From: an uncultured Acidobacteriota bacterium
GTDB lineage: Bacteria > Acidobacteriota > UBA6911 > RPQK01 > JAPXNP01
Direction: 5' to 3'
DNA: 64,000 nucleotides
NCBI GenBank assembly: GCA_963777605.1
Contig: CAVZRV010000029.1
Location: forward strand, 320,001-384,000
The notes beneath the pieces were generated by a model that worked only from the letters and a program-made list of their open reading frames with translations, searched no databases and was not told the origin of the DNA. Both the position numbers and the translations under genes were made by a program. This document shows positions 1 through 11,000 of this stretch, piece after piece (position 1 is the first letter of the stretch; each line of letters begins with the position of its first letter).

Positions 1-955
1 GACGGTGACCACCCTGGCCTTCTCGGCGTTCTTGGCCCGGCCGGCCTGGACCTCGGCAATCCTGGTCTTGAGATCCTTGAAGGCCTGGTCGTCCGGGTTG
101 AGGGCGATTGCCTTGTCGAGGGCCTGCGTCGGCTTCTTCCAGCTTGTTCAGGCGAGTCAGGTTGATAGCCAGATTGAAATAGACTGCCGCGTTGTTGGGC
201 TGAATTTCAGCCATCTTCCGCAGTCCTTCGATCGCCTTGTCAAACTGTTGGGCTTTCATGGCCTGGTCGATTTCGGCCGCCAGCTTGCGCAGTGGAATCA
301 TGTCGATCTGCTGCTGAATCTCCTTGGCCTGCCGCGAGAAGACCGGGTTGGAAGGATCTTCCGTCTTTTCGTAGAGATTGAGCAGTTCGATCGCCTTCTT
401 GAACGCCGTCTCCGCCTCGTCCCACTTCGACTCCATGCTGTAGACGAGCCCCAGGTTGTAGTAGGCATTGGGCTCCGAAGGGTTGATCTCGATGGACTGG
501 CTCAAGCTGTTCTCAGCGGTGTCGAACTGGTGGTTCTGGTAGGCCTGGGCTCCCTGTTGAAGCAGCACCTGGGCCTTGTGGATGAGATCCTGGTCTTCGA
601 AATAGAGCTTTGCTTCGGCGTCGCCAGGCTCAAAAGTCAAGGTCAGGTCCTTGGTCACTCCGCCCTCGAGAGTCACATATTCATGGAAACTGGGCGCAAA
701 TCCTTCCTGGTGGGCCCAAACCCGGTAGAAGTCGTTGGCCAGCTTCTTGAACGTTGCCACGCCCTTCTTGTCGGATTTTTCATCGGTCGTCTTGTTCAGG
801 CCGAGCCCCTGAACGTAGACCTTGACTTTACCGATCGGTTTGCCCGTGTTGTCGACGCATTTGACGATTAGGGTATTGGAATCTGCTGCAAGCGTGTACA
901 CCGACAGCAATAGCGCTAGAAAAAAGGTTCTAATAATCAGACTTGCGATTCTCAT
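1..955 (-). CDS. Secreted TPR protein with N-terminal carboxypeptidase-regulatory-like beta-sandwich (runs off the left edge; apparent +1 frame break near 124)
   Basis: Hand translation from ATG at 955: MRIASLIIRTFFLALLLSVYTLAA (signal peptide), then VKCVDNTGKPIGKVKVYV...SDKKGVATFKKL, then TPRs (SIEINPSEPNAYYNLGLVY). The TPR sequence ALDKAIALNPDD continues in the +1 frame after about 124. Not in the ORF track. Confidence 0.8.
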   Translation of the reverse strand, partial: MRIASLIIRTFFLALLLSVYTLAADSNTLIVKCVDNTGKPIGKVKVYVQGLGLNKTTDEKSDKKGVATFKKLANDFYRVWAHQEGFAPSFHEYVTLEGGVTKDLTLTFEPGDAEAKLYFEDQDLIHKAQVLLQQGAQAYQNHQFDTAENSLSQSIEINPSEPNAYYNLGLVYSMESKWDEAETAFKKAIELLNLYEKTEDPSNPVFSRQAKEIQQQIDMIPLRKLAAEIDQAMKAQQFDKAIEGLRKMAEIQPNNAAVYFNLAINLTRLNKLEEADAGPRQGNRPQPGRPGLQGSQDQDCRGPGRPGQERREGQGGHR

Positions 956-1151
956 CGGACCTTCCCGGACAAGGCTGCATTCTCTGCAGCGCAGTTAGCT
1001 ACACCTGCCCACGCGGGCACCACAAGCCCCAAGGTTATCGTTTTTTCCCAAATCCTCGCAACATCGTTGGCTCAACTTCCGATCTCAACACGAGAGCGGG
1101 AACCAACATGGGTCGTGACGTGGACGTCCCGATCGGATAAAATCGCTGACC

Positions 1152-2813
1152 ATGAGGTCAATCGCCCGCTGTCCGCGTGTGCCTTTAAGGTTGACGATTC
1201 TTTGGACTGGTGCTCTCGCTCTGTTACTCGCTCCCGGTTTTCTTAAGGCGCAGAACTCAAAGGAAGACAGTCTCCGCCAGGAGGAAAAGCAGGACTATTA
1301 CTCCAAGTGGCTCAAGGAAGATGTTGTCTACATCATTTCTGAAGAGGAACGAGACGTTTTCAAGTCTCTCACCACCGATGAGGAAAAGGAGAACTTCATA
1401 GAGCAATTCTGGCGCCGGCGTGACCCCGACCTGAAAACGGCCCAGAACGAGTTCAAGGAAGAGCATTACCGGCGCATCGCCTACGCCAACGAGCGCTTCA
1501 CCAGCGGAAAGCCGGGTTGGAAGACCGACCGGGGACGTGTCTACATCATTCATGGGCCTCCGACTGAGATCACCGAGAACACCGGTGGTACATACGACCG
1601 CGCCCTTTACGAGGGCGGGGGGACGACGACGACGCTTCCATTCCAGGTCTGGCGCTATCGTGAGGTGCAGGGCCTTGGAGGGGACATCGAACTGGAATTT
1701 GTCGACAGTACCCTGACCGGTGACTATCATCTGACCAGCGATCCCTGGGAGAAGGACGCTTTCAATCACGTTCCGGGCATCGGATTGACTCTCGCCGAGG
1801 AGCGGAAGATGGTCACGAAGGGTGCCCGCTTTTATCAGGACAACCAGGGCGATTATTACCCGTTGATGGCTTTGCGGTCGAAGGATCGCCCCTTTGAACG
1901 GCTGGAACGTTATTCCGGGATCATGAGACCCCTTGAGATAAAGTACAAGGATCTCAAGGAGTCGGTTGACGTCAACATTGGGTACAGTTCACTGCCGTTT
2001 CAGGTCCACCAGTTTAATTTTCGCCTCAATGAGCACAGCTGCATCGTTCCGGTGACCCTCGAAGTGTCGAATCGAAACCTCACCTTCAATGAAGAGAACG
2101 GGGTATACCGGGCCAAGTTGGCGATTTACGGTGCCGTGACAGGATTGGGCAACGAGATCATCAAGGAGTTCGAAGACGACCTGGTGATCAATTTTCCTCC
2201 TGAGCAACTGGAAGCCGGACGGATGGGTACGTCGATGTTCCAGAAAGTGCTCATCCTCGAAAAGGCGCGACGCGTTAAGCTGGATCTTGTCCTGAAAGAC
2301 ACGAACAGCGGAAATGTTGGGGTCGTCACCAAGGCGCTGACCCCACCCGATTATGGTGAGGAGGATCTCCAGCCCAGTTCGATGATCCTGTCGGATACCA
2401 TCGTTCCCCTGAAGTCGATCCCGGACACGGACTCTCCATTTGTGCTGGGTGACCTGAAGGTGCGCCCGCGACTTGATCACGTCTTCCGGACGGACAAACT
2501 GCTGGCCGTCTACTTCCAACTTTACAATGCCGGGCTGGATCAGCAGACGATGAGCCCCTCCCTGAAGGTGACGTACCGCCTCCTGCAGGGGGGACGGGAA
2601 CTCATGAAGATCGAGGATGACGATGGCGAATCGATCCAGTTCTTTTCTTCACAGAGGGTTGTTCTGGTTCGCGCATTCTCACCCAAGTTACTCGGAGTCG
2701 GAAAGTACCGGCTGCTCATCGACGTCCAGGACAAGATCAAGAACGAATCGGCGATTCTTTCCGATGAATTTGAAGTGGTTGCGGCAAGCGGTTCAACGGT
2801 TGCCAGTAATTAG
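1152..2813 (+). CDS. GWxTD domain-containing protein
   Basis: Signal peptide; W..EDV.YII..EE...F, FW.RRDP, EHYRRIAYANERF and PGWKTDRGRVYIIHGPP signature. Confidence 0.92.
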   Translation: MRSIARCPRVPLRLTILWTGALALLLAPGFLKAQNSKEDSLRQEEKQDYYSKWLKEDVVYIISEEERDVFKSLTTDEEKENFIEQFWRRRDPDLKTAQNEFKEEHYRRIAYANERFTSGKPGWKTDRGRVYIIHGPPTEITENTGGTYDRALYEGGGTTTTLPFQVWRYREVQGLGGDIELEFVDSTLTGDYHLTSDPWEKDAFNHVPGIGLTLAEERKMVTKGARFYQDNQGDYYPLMALRSKDRPFERLERYSGIMRPLEIKYKDLKESVDVNIGYSSLPFQVHQFNFRLNEHSCIVPVTLEVSNRNLTFNEENGVYRAKLAIYGAVTGLGNEIIKEFEDDLVINFPPEQLEAGRMGTSMFQKVLILEKARRVKLDLVLKDTNSGNVGVVTKALTPPDYGEEDLQPSSMILSDTIVPLKSIPDTDSPFVLGDLKVRPRLDHVFRTDKLLAVYFQLYNAGLDQQTMSPSLKVTYRLLQGGRELMKIEDDDGESIQFFSSQRVVLVRAFSPKLLGVGKYRLLIDVQDKIKNESAILSDEFEVVAASGSTVASN

Positions 2814-3649
2814 CTCGACGCAGCGCGCAGGCCTGGCCATTGTCGTGGTCCTGGTCTTTCCGGTTTTCCTGCTGGGGGCTCAGGTGGATCCCGCAGGGTT
2901 CCAGGCTGCAGTTGTGGAGGCGGGGAATCTCCTGCAAGCCCAACGGTACCAGGAAGCGGCTGCAATCATGGAGAGACTCCGGGAGGAGGGGCACAGCAGT
3001 GCCCTGCTCAGTTCTACGCTCGGCCTGGCCTACCAGGGTCTGGGTCGGTACTCCGAGGCAATTATTCAGTTTCGGAAGTCACTGGAACTGGATCCCGATC
3101 AACCCAAAACGAGAGTTGTGCTGGGTACCAACCTGCTGCTGACCGGGCAGACCCAGGAGGCAATCCGGGAACTCGAGGACGCATCGAGGAAACTTTCTGA
3201 CGACGTGACCGTGATGGAGGTGCTTGCCCGCGCATATTTGCAGTCAGGCCGGTTGCTTAATGCCGCGATCACCTACCAGAGGCTGTCGGAAATCCGCTCC
3301 GACGATCCTGAGATTGCCTACCACCTCGGGCAGATCTACCTGGAGTTGACCGAGTGGTCTTCCGCAAAGCTGGTTGAGCAGGGGGGGGATTCGCCCCGGG
3401 TCCACCAGGCCGCGGGGCAGACCAGCCTCATGAAGGGAGACTTGGAGAGCGCCGCGCAGGCCTTCAAGCAGGCTATCAGACTCGCCCCCGATATGCCCGA
3501 TCTCCACCTCTCGCTGGCGAGTGTCTACATGCGGCAAGGCAAGCTTATCGAGGCCCTGGAAGCCGTCGAAGCAGAGTTGAAGATCGTTCCTGTAAATGTC
3601 GGAGCGCAGCAGCTCAAGGCCCGGCTGGAGCAGGAAACCGAGGGAGTGA
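2764..3649 (+). CDS. Secreted TPR protein (ORF track 2617..3831; the true stop is probably TGA 3647-3649, missed because of an extra G)
   Basis: Signal-like LAIVVVLVFPVFLLGAQ and repeated TPRs (LGLAYQGLGRYSEAIIQFRKSLELDPD). The tail after 3650 is repeat DNA. The start could be 2764 or TTG 2800. Confidence 0.8.
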
Positions 3650-3684
3650 TCTTCGATTTTCGATTTGCCTTGACCCGCCCAACT

Positions 3685-3752
3685 TGGAGTGGGGAACCGG
3701 GAGCTTCCGCTTTGACCTCCAGAGACGACCGCCAGGAAAGCGAAAGCATTCC
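3685..3752 (+). repeat. Degenerate copy of the TGGAGTG..GGAAGC-GNNA-GCTTCCGCTTT REP-like element
   Basis: TGGAGTGGGGAACCGGGAGCTTCCGCTTT at 3685-3713 and GGAAAGCGAAAGCATTCC just downstream match the elements at 11696 and 12917. Confidence 0.65.
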
Positions 3753-3784
3753 CCCTCTATGGGCGGAACTTTCGCGGGAAACGA

Positions 3785-4864
3785 TCATCGAAGCTCGCTT
3801 CGGCCCCGGAGCATGGAACGTGGAACTTTGAACCCGAAACCAGAAACCCGAAACCCGAAACCCAGGCTACGGCTTTCCCTGCGCGGCTGGTCCTGCGCTG
3901 CTTTGAGTTCCTGGTATTTGGCCACAGCCTGGGCAGCGCCGTCGGTGTCGCCGAGGCGGCGGAGGACGCGGGCAAGAACCCAGTAAGGATCAGGGTTGTC
4001 CGGGTCAAGAGTCGAGGCCTTCCGAAGTTCTACCGCCGACTCGGAATAGCGTTCGAGCTTCTCCAGGGCCATCCCGAGGCGGTAGTGGGCGACCGCGAAG
4101 TCGGGATCGATCTTGATCGCTTCCATCAGGTAGCCCTCGGCTTCCTGGGGTTCCCCCGTCTGGATGAGGTAGGCACCCAGGTTCAAGTAGGGCCAGGCCC
4201 AGGGCTGTGGCTGCGCGGATGTCAACTCGATCGCCTTCTTGTAGTAGGTCACAGCCTGTTCTTTCTGATCGAGCCTTTCGTAGCAGAGACCCAGCCGGTC
4301 ATAAGCCCGGATGAAATCCGGGTGTTTTTCGACAATTGCGAGGAGCTGTTTGAGGGCAGGTTCGTAGTTGCCCTGGTCGAAATCGATTCGGGCGAGCCAG
4401 TAGTTGTAGAGCGGGTTGTCCGGGGCAACGGAAGCAAGTTTCTCGAGTTCGGGGCGAGCCCAGTCGGGCCTGCCCAGCAGGACATAGGACATGGCGAGAG
4501 TGAAGCGGTTGCCATTATCGAGCGGTTCGAAGTTCTCGGCTTTCTTGTAAGCGATAGCAGCGTTCAGGTACTTCTGATCGGCAAAGAAGACTCCACCCAG
4601 ATAACAGAGCAGTTCGAACGTCGGAGCTTCGGTATTACCCTGGATCTCGTTGACGAGAAGTTGTTCCGCCTTGGCAAGGTCCTTCTTGCTGATGGCGTCT
4701 TCGATCTCGAAGCGCAGGGTGGGGTCGATTCGGTTGCCGAGTTTCATCTGGTCCGGCGAAACGAGCGGAGGAGAATCGTCCCCCGAGCCGGTTTGAGCCG
4801 CCAGTGGGCAAATGGTGGACACCAGGGAGAGCAGCAGAAGAAGGCAAAGAGCGGTTTGTTTCAT
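3785..4864 (-). CDS. Secreted TPR protein (the true 3' end may be near 3867)
   Basis: Signal peptide MKQTALCLLLLLSLVSTICPLAA and multiple TPRs (AYDRLGLCYERL, AHYRLGMALEKL). The C-terminal GFGFRVSGFGF is translated heptamer repeat. Confidence 0.88.
   Translation of the reverse strand: MKQTALCLLLLLSLVSTICPLAAQTGSGDDSPPLVSPDQMKLGNRIDPTLRFEIEDAISKKDLAKAEQLLVNEIQGNTEAPTFELLCYLGGVFFADQKYLNAAIAYKKAENFEPLDNGNRFTLAMSYVLLGRPDWARPELEKLASVAPDNPLYNYWLARIDFDQGNYEPALKQLLAIVEKHPDFIRAYDRLGLCYERLDQKEQAVTYYKKAIELTSAQPQPWAWPYLNLGAYLIQTGEPQEAEGYLMEAIKIDPDFAVAHYRLGMALEKLERYSESAVELRKASTLDPDNPDPYWVLARVLRRLGDTDGAAQAVAKYQELKAAQDQPRRESRSLGFGFRVSGFGFKVPRSMLRGRSELR
3816..3863 (+). repeat. Heptamer tandem repeat, (GAAACCC)n-like
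   Basis: gaacccgaaaccagaaacccgaaacccgaaaccc between convergent TPR genes. Confidence 0.75.
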
Positions 4865-5055
4865 GACAAATGCGAAGGTTGTGGATCGAAGCGCCGATCC
4901 GCCCCAGACCGAAGTCTAAAGCATAAACGATCCCGTGAACTTGGGCCGGCTTTCAGTGTACTGAAGACCGGTCCGGAGACACAAATGGCGATCGCTTGAG
5001 CTTGATGGTGAAACGGCGGTTTTGTTACCGTGGGTTTACGCGGATGGGACGAATC

Positions 5056-6697
5056 ATGCGACACGGATACCGGACGGTTCGAGTCCTCCTGCTCAGCGGG
5101 ATGGTTCTCTTGTTTGCTTGTCCTGTCTTGGCTCAGGCTGGCGCGGACCCGGTGGCAAAGCAGTTGATCGCAATTCAGTCGAATCTTTCGGGCGGCGATC
5201 TCAAGGTGGCCGCCGCTGCGCTTTCCGGACTGGCCGGGCAGTACCCCAACGACCCTCGGATCTTCAACTTCCAGGGAGTTGTGTTTGCCCGGTTGGGTGA
5301 CTACGCGTCCGCAGAAAAGGCCTTTCGGCAGTGCGGTGCAGCTGGCTCCCGGGTTCGTGGGGGCACTCCTGAACCTGGGGCGCCTTTACCAGGAGAACGC
5401 TGCAAAGGACGCCGCCGCCGTTGAGAAGGCGATTCCCGTTTACCGGCAGGCCATCCAGGCTGCACCGGGCGCGGTCGAGCCTGTCTACCAGTTGAGCCGT
5501 CTTCTCTATGACAAGGGGGAGTACGCGGACTCTCTCGATTCGTTGCGGGGGTTACCCGCAGATGCCCGCCAGGAGAAGTCGGCCTGGATCCTGGAGTGTG
5601 GAAACCTGATGGCATTGGGTCGCCAGCCCGATTCGGACCGATGTGTCGGCCGTATTCTCGGCGCTGCCGGCGTCTCAGAGCCGGATCTGGACGTGGTCTT
5701 TCCGGGGCTCCGCGCGGCAGGTCGAGTGGAAGAACTCAAGAAGCTGCTCATGGGGCTCGAGCGAGAGGGAAAGCTCTCCATACCTGGAACCGAAAGCCTG
5801 GCATTTATTCTCGATCGGCAGGGTGACTACCAGCAGGCCCGAGAACTCCTCGGTACGCTTGCGGGCAGGCACCCCAACCTCCCTGCGCTGCTGGTCGAGA
5901 TGGCCTGGATTTCATACCGGAATCACGATTACGAGAGTGCCTTGAGCTACCTCGCCCATGCCCGGGACCTCAACCCGAACGATCCACGGATTCACCTCTT
6001 CTTTGGCATGACCTGTGTCGAGATGAACCTGAGCGTTGATGCGCTGGCGTCGATGGAAAAGGCGGTCTCTCTCGACCCTGACAACCCGTTCAGTAATTAC
6101 GTGCTGGGCGCGACGGTGATGAAGTGGCGGGAACCGGCGGAGGCGATACCTTACCTGAAGAAGTACACTGACGCGCGACCCGACGATCCGAAGGGACAGG
6201 CAACCCTTGGAGAAGCTTACTTTCTGAACAAGGAATACCAGCGAGCACGGACTACCCTGGCTCCGCTGGTTTCGGACCCGGACACGGAAATCATGGCGCA
6301 TTTCTATCTGGGCGTCATCGACCGGCTCGAGCAGAACTTCGATTCCTCTCTGATACACCTGAAAAGAGTGATCGAACTCAAGCCGGACCATCCTGACGCC
6401 CTTGCCGAACTGGGTGCCCTTTATACGCGGCTCAAGGAATACGAAAAAGCAACCGAAGCGCTGAATCGCGCGCTGGAATTGGATCCCGACCATTACCAGG
6501 CCAACTTCAACTTGCTCACCCTCTACTCGCGCACGCGGGATGAGCGTTACGCGGCACAAAAGGACCGCTTTGAAAAGATCAAGGAAGAGCGCTGGCAGAG
6601 CCTGACCGATTCACTGCGAACGGTTGAGGTCGTTCCTCACCAGGTCTTTCCGGAGTTGTTGTTCCCCGGGTACGCTCGATCGGATGGAAGCCAATGA
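5056..6697 (+). CDS. Secreted TPR protein, split by an apparent +1 frame break near 5330
   Basis: ORF 4996..5424 (signal peptide, NFQGVVFARLGDYASAEKAFR) joins ORF 5279..6697 (AVQLAPGFVGALLNLGRLY...) in the middle of a TPR. Confidence 0.85.
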
Positions 6698-6737
6698 ACG
6701 GGCGCTGTCTCTGATCCTCCTTTTGCGATTCTGAAAA

Positions 6738-7610
6738 TGGTTCTCACTGGTTCTTCTCGTTCTGCTGGCCGGACTGGCTTTGGACTTGGCCGCACAAGGG
6801 ACACTGCTCGAGCAGGGAAGGGATGCTTTTTATTCGGGGAACCTGCCGCGCTCCCGAGAACTCCTGGAAGGCTATCTCCGGATCGAACCCGCGAGCCTGG
6901 AAGCTCGGCTTTACCTGGCCCGGGCACTGGTTGGGCTGCAACGGAACGATCAGGCACTGAGTCAGCTCAACCTTGTACTCGAGCGGGACCCGGAGAACGA
7001 TGATGCCCTTTTCTTTTTGAGCACCCTCTCGGCGGCGCTTTCCCAGAAGGAGTTCTCCCGGCTTTACAGGCTGGCCCCAAATTCGGCGCGGGTTCACCAG
7101 TTAATGGGGCAGTCACTGAGTCTCCGCGAGGAGTACGAGCAGGCGGCCACGGAGTTCCGTAAAGCGATCGAAGTGGATCCGACAATTCAGGAAGTCTACA
7201 CGGCGTTAGGGGATGCCGAGCGGAGCCTGGGGCGCCTCGACCAGGCCTCTGAACACTACCGGCGCGCCATCGAGATGAGGCCTGGCGACTATCGGGCGGT
7301 TTATGGACTGGGTGTCTGCTTCCGGTTTCAGGATGAACTGGACCAGGCCGAGGCGCAGTTTCGCAAGACGATCCAGATCGCCCCGGGTTACGCTCCTGCT
7401 TCGCTGGCTCTCGGACAGGTGCTGATTCGAAAGGGCAAGTTCGAAGAGGCGATTCCTTCCCTTCAGGATGCCATCAAGCTGGAGCCGAATATGGACCAGG
7501 CCTACTTCCAGTTGGGGCGGGCTTATCAACAACTGGGGCGCACCGAAGAAGCTCGGGAGGCGTTTGAAAAAGGTCGTCGTCTGCAGGCGAAAAATGCTTC
7601 CCTTTTCTGA
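6738..7610 (+). CDS. Secreted TPR protein (start codon obscured, probable indel at AAAA 6734-6737)
   Basis: In-frame signal-like WFSLVLLVLLAGLALDLAAQ from 6738 lies upstream of the ORF-track start at 6780. Many TPRs (AYFQLGRAYQQLGRTEEA). Confidence 0.85.
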   Translation, partial: WFSLVLLVLLAGLALDLAAQGTLLEQGRDAFYSGNLPRSRELLEGYLRIEPASLEARLYLARALVGLQRNDQALSQLNLVLERDPENDDALFFLSTLSAALSQKEFSRLYRLAPNSARVHQLMGQSLSLREEYEQAATEFRKAIEVDPTIQEVYTALGDAERSLGRLDQASEHYRRAIEMRPGDYRAVYGLGVCFRFQDELDQAEAQFRKTIQIAPGYAPASLALGQVLIRKGKFEEAIPSLQDAIKLEPNMDQAYFQLGRAYQQLGRTEEAREAFEKGRRLQAKNASLF

Positions 7611-7990
7611 CTGTATCGGTGTTTCGCTACTTGAGACTCCGGTTTCAGTGCCCATCCCGGATCTTGACTCCATCCCGCGGTTCCGGCCTCCGGCAACGCT
7701 TCCGGTGACTCACCGTCGTCGGGAGCCGCGCTCGCTGACACTCGCGTTCTGAAATCGGGGTATCCAGGATCCAGCCGAGAGCCACGGCTTCTGAGTTCCA
7801 CCGATCGCCCGAGTCTCCGTCCAGATGCATCCAATTCGTCCATGTCTTTCAACTCATCCAAATGAAGTGTCAAGTCAATTGCTTCGCCAGGTTACGCTCT
7901 CTGCCAATTCGTGTCTCCATCGGCTCGCATCAGCTCCTCCGTTCGGGCTGTTCGGGGCGAAAAATCCTTTGTTCGCCGACAAAAAGTTCG

Positions 7991-8048
7991 TTGCAATTGT
8001 CATGCACCGATGTTAAAAACGATGGATAGCGCAATGGGGGTTGCGCTA
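7991..8048 (+). promoter_or_regulatory. Sigma70-type promoter plus palindromic operator upstream of the TonB-dependent receptor
   Basis: TTGCAA(7991)-17 bp-TAAAAA(8014) with an extended TGn, and the inverted repeat TAGCGCAA-N6-TTGCGCTA at 8027-8048. Confidence 0.55.
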
Positions 8049-8086
8049 GTGTGTGGTGGTTTATTTCATTCTTTAGGAGGGGCTAT

Positions 8087-11000
8087 ATGCAAAACCGAAC
8101 GTTCGTTCGTGCGGGCGTTCTCCTTGCTGCATTTCTCCTGTTGAGTCCCACCCTTAGTTTTGCTCAGACTATCAACGCATCACTCAGCGGTGCTGTCACC
8201 GACAGCACGGGCGGTGTGGTGCCTGGAGTCGAACTGGACCTGACGAGCCAGGAAACAGGCGCGAGAGCGACCTACATCTCGGATGATCAGGGCCGGTTTT
8301 CATTCCAGAATTTGACACCTGGGACGTATGATTTAAGGGCGACTCTCACAGGCTTCAAGGAGTATGTCCAAAGCGGCATTGAGCTGAACATCAACCAAAA
8401 GGCCCGGCTCAATGTAATTCTTCAGGTTGGAGAGGTGACTGAAACGGTTGAAGTCGTCGGTCAACCTTCCCAGCTCAATTTCGAGAACGCAACCCGCGAA
8501 GAGGGTATCAGTCCTGAAACCCTGCAGACGCTTCCGCTGCTGTTCAATTCCGGGCCGCGTTCTTCGGCAAGTTTCGCAATCTTGATGCCCGGTGTTGCGA
8601 CCGGCGCGACCAACAGCGCTTACGATTCCCGAATCAACGGCGGATTGGTTTCCGGTGACGAAGCAATCGTGGATGGTGTCTCCATGCAGCAGGGCACGAT
8701 GAGCCAGAGCGGCATGATCTCCATCAACCAGGACTTCCCCTACTCTCCTGACATGGTCAGTGAGATCAAGGTCCTGACTTCCAACTACGAACCCCAGTAC
8801 GGGGGGACGGCTGGAGCGACGATCATTGCCGAAACCAAGGCCGGTACAGGAGAGTTCCATGGTTCCGGGTTCTGGTATCACCGGAATTCGGCTTTGAACG
8901 CCGCTGCGTTCGACCAGCAGAAATCTTTCCAGTTGCAGCACAACATGGGCTTCAACGTCGGTGGTCCGGTAAAGCTCCCCGGCATTTGGAGCGACAAGGT
9001 CAAGACCTACTTCTATTTCAACCACGAACAGTGGCGGATCAACGGCGGCGCCAGCTCGAACCGGATCAGCATCCCCTCGTTGAAGAACCGTCAGGGAGAT
9101 TTCAGCGACTGGATTGATTCGTCGACCGGAAACCTGATCCCGGTATACGATCCTGATACTCTTCGGGCGAACCCGAACTACGATCCCACCCAGGCCGCAG
9201 GGGTGAATAACCTTCCTTACCTGCGGGATCAGTTCCCGGGCAATATCATTCCTCAAGATCGTTGGGCAAATTCTTTTGCCCTCTCTTATTTCAGGTACCT
9301 GCCCGATCCGACGAGACCTGGCGCTTTGCTCAATTATGATGCGCCTCCGGTCCCGGACATCATTCTCGCCAACACGAAGTATTACTTCTATCGGATTGAT
9401 ACCAACATCGGCGAAAAAGATCAGCTCTACTGGTCTTCGTGGAGCCAGTGGGCCCCGAAGAATACGGCAACCGCGCTGCCCGTCCAGTTGGCCAACAATA
9501 CCTACACCGACCCCCAGAATTCGTGGGTAAACCGGTTGAACTGGACGCATACCTTCTCGCCCAACTTGATCAACCACTTCGCGATCGGCTACCTGAACCG
9601 GAATGAAGGGTACGGATCGATCAATGAAGCCTACATTGACGACTTCCCCAAGATTCCGGGTGTGGCGGCCTATACCCACGTCCCGGTGATCAACTTCAGT
9701 GACGGTTACGAGAGTTACTCGACCACAAATGGTTTCGGTCCCCCGAACACGACGACCCGTCCGACGGTTGTCGGCAACACGCTGACGACCTGGGTCAAAG
9801 GGGATCACACCTTCAAGTTCGGTGCCGAGTACCGTGATCTGGGACAGAACTTTCACGATGCCACCAATCAGGCCGGGTCCTACTCGTTCAACCGGGGCAC
9901 AACGGGCCTCTTTCTTGCCGGTCAGGCCGGTAACCCCGTCGCCAGCTTCCTGCTGGAGCAGGTGGGCAGCGGAAACGTGACGTTCCGTTCGGTCGATGCG
10001 TGGTACGTTCGCCAGAAGGCGCTCGCCTTCTACGGCGGCGACACCTGGAAGATGACGCCCAAGCTGACCCTCAACTATGGTCTGCGGTGGGATGTTTTCA
10101 CGCCGGCAGTTGAGACCCGGAACAACTCGTCGTTCTTTGATCCGACCCTGGCCAATCCGGCTGCGGGAGGATTGTTGGGTGGCCTGGCGTTTGCCGACGA
10201 ATTCGAGCAGCGCACCGGCCGCAACCATCCGGAGAAGACCTGGAAAGGTGGTTGGGCGCCCCGAATCGGAATCGCCTATGCCTGGGATGACAAGACGGTC
10301 ATTCGGACCGGTTACGGCATCTTCTTTCACCAGGCCTATTGCCCCGGTTGGGGTGGTTGTACGAGTCTGGACGGCTACAACGCCAACCCCAGCTTCAGCT
10401 CGACCAACAACGGCATGGTGGCCGCGTTCGTCCTGAGCGAGGGCTTCCCTCAGAACTTCGAGCGGCCGCCTTTCCTTGAGCCGGGCTATCAAAACGGACA
10501 GGGGATTTATTACCGGCCCTTTGATGCCAACGAGCGCGCCTACTCTCAGCAGTGGAACCTGACGGTGGAACGGGAGTTGGTGCAGGACATGATGCTCAGT
10601 GTGGGATATGTCGGCAACACGGCGATTCACCTTCCGTCAGCAATGGCTCCGCCAAACGTTCTGAATCCCAGCCTCCTTTCGCAGGGCGTCGCACTCGACG
10701 CCATCTTCCAGCCGGGTATGACAGAGCTCAATGGTGCGGCCATCCCTTATGATGGATGGATCGAGCAGATGACGGGTTGCGATCCGTCGGTTGCTCAGGC
10801 ACTGCTGCCTTACCCGCAGTACTGCGGATCGATCCAGGGCATCGATGAGAATGCCGGAAATTCCAGCTACCATTCTCTGCAGCTGAAGGTGGACAAGCGG
10901 TTCACTCAGGGCACGTTCCTGCTGGTTTCTTATACCTGGTCCAAGTTGATCACGACCAGCCAGCAGACCAACGAGCCCACCTCGGGGACCTGGAGCGGTC

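Noticed and set aside
5-871. 288-aa plus-strand ORF
   Set aside because: Antisense shadow of the minus-strand TPR gene starting at 955.
8333-10630. 765-aa antisense ORF inside the receptor gene (similar: 25424..26797, 31440..33083, 36440..37879, 40780..42087, 43511..44926)
   Set aside because: No motifs; long shadow ORFs are expected opposite GC-rich coding sequence.
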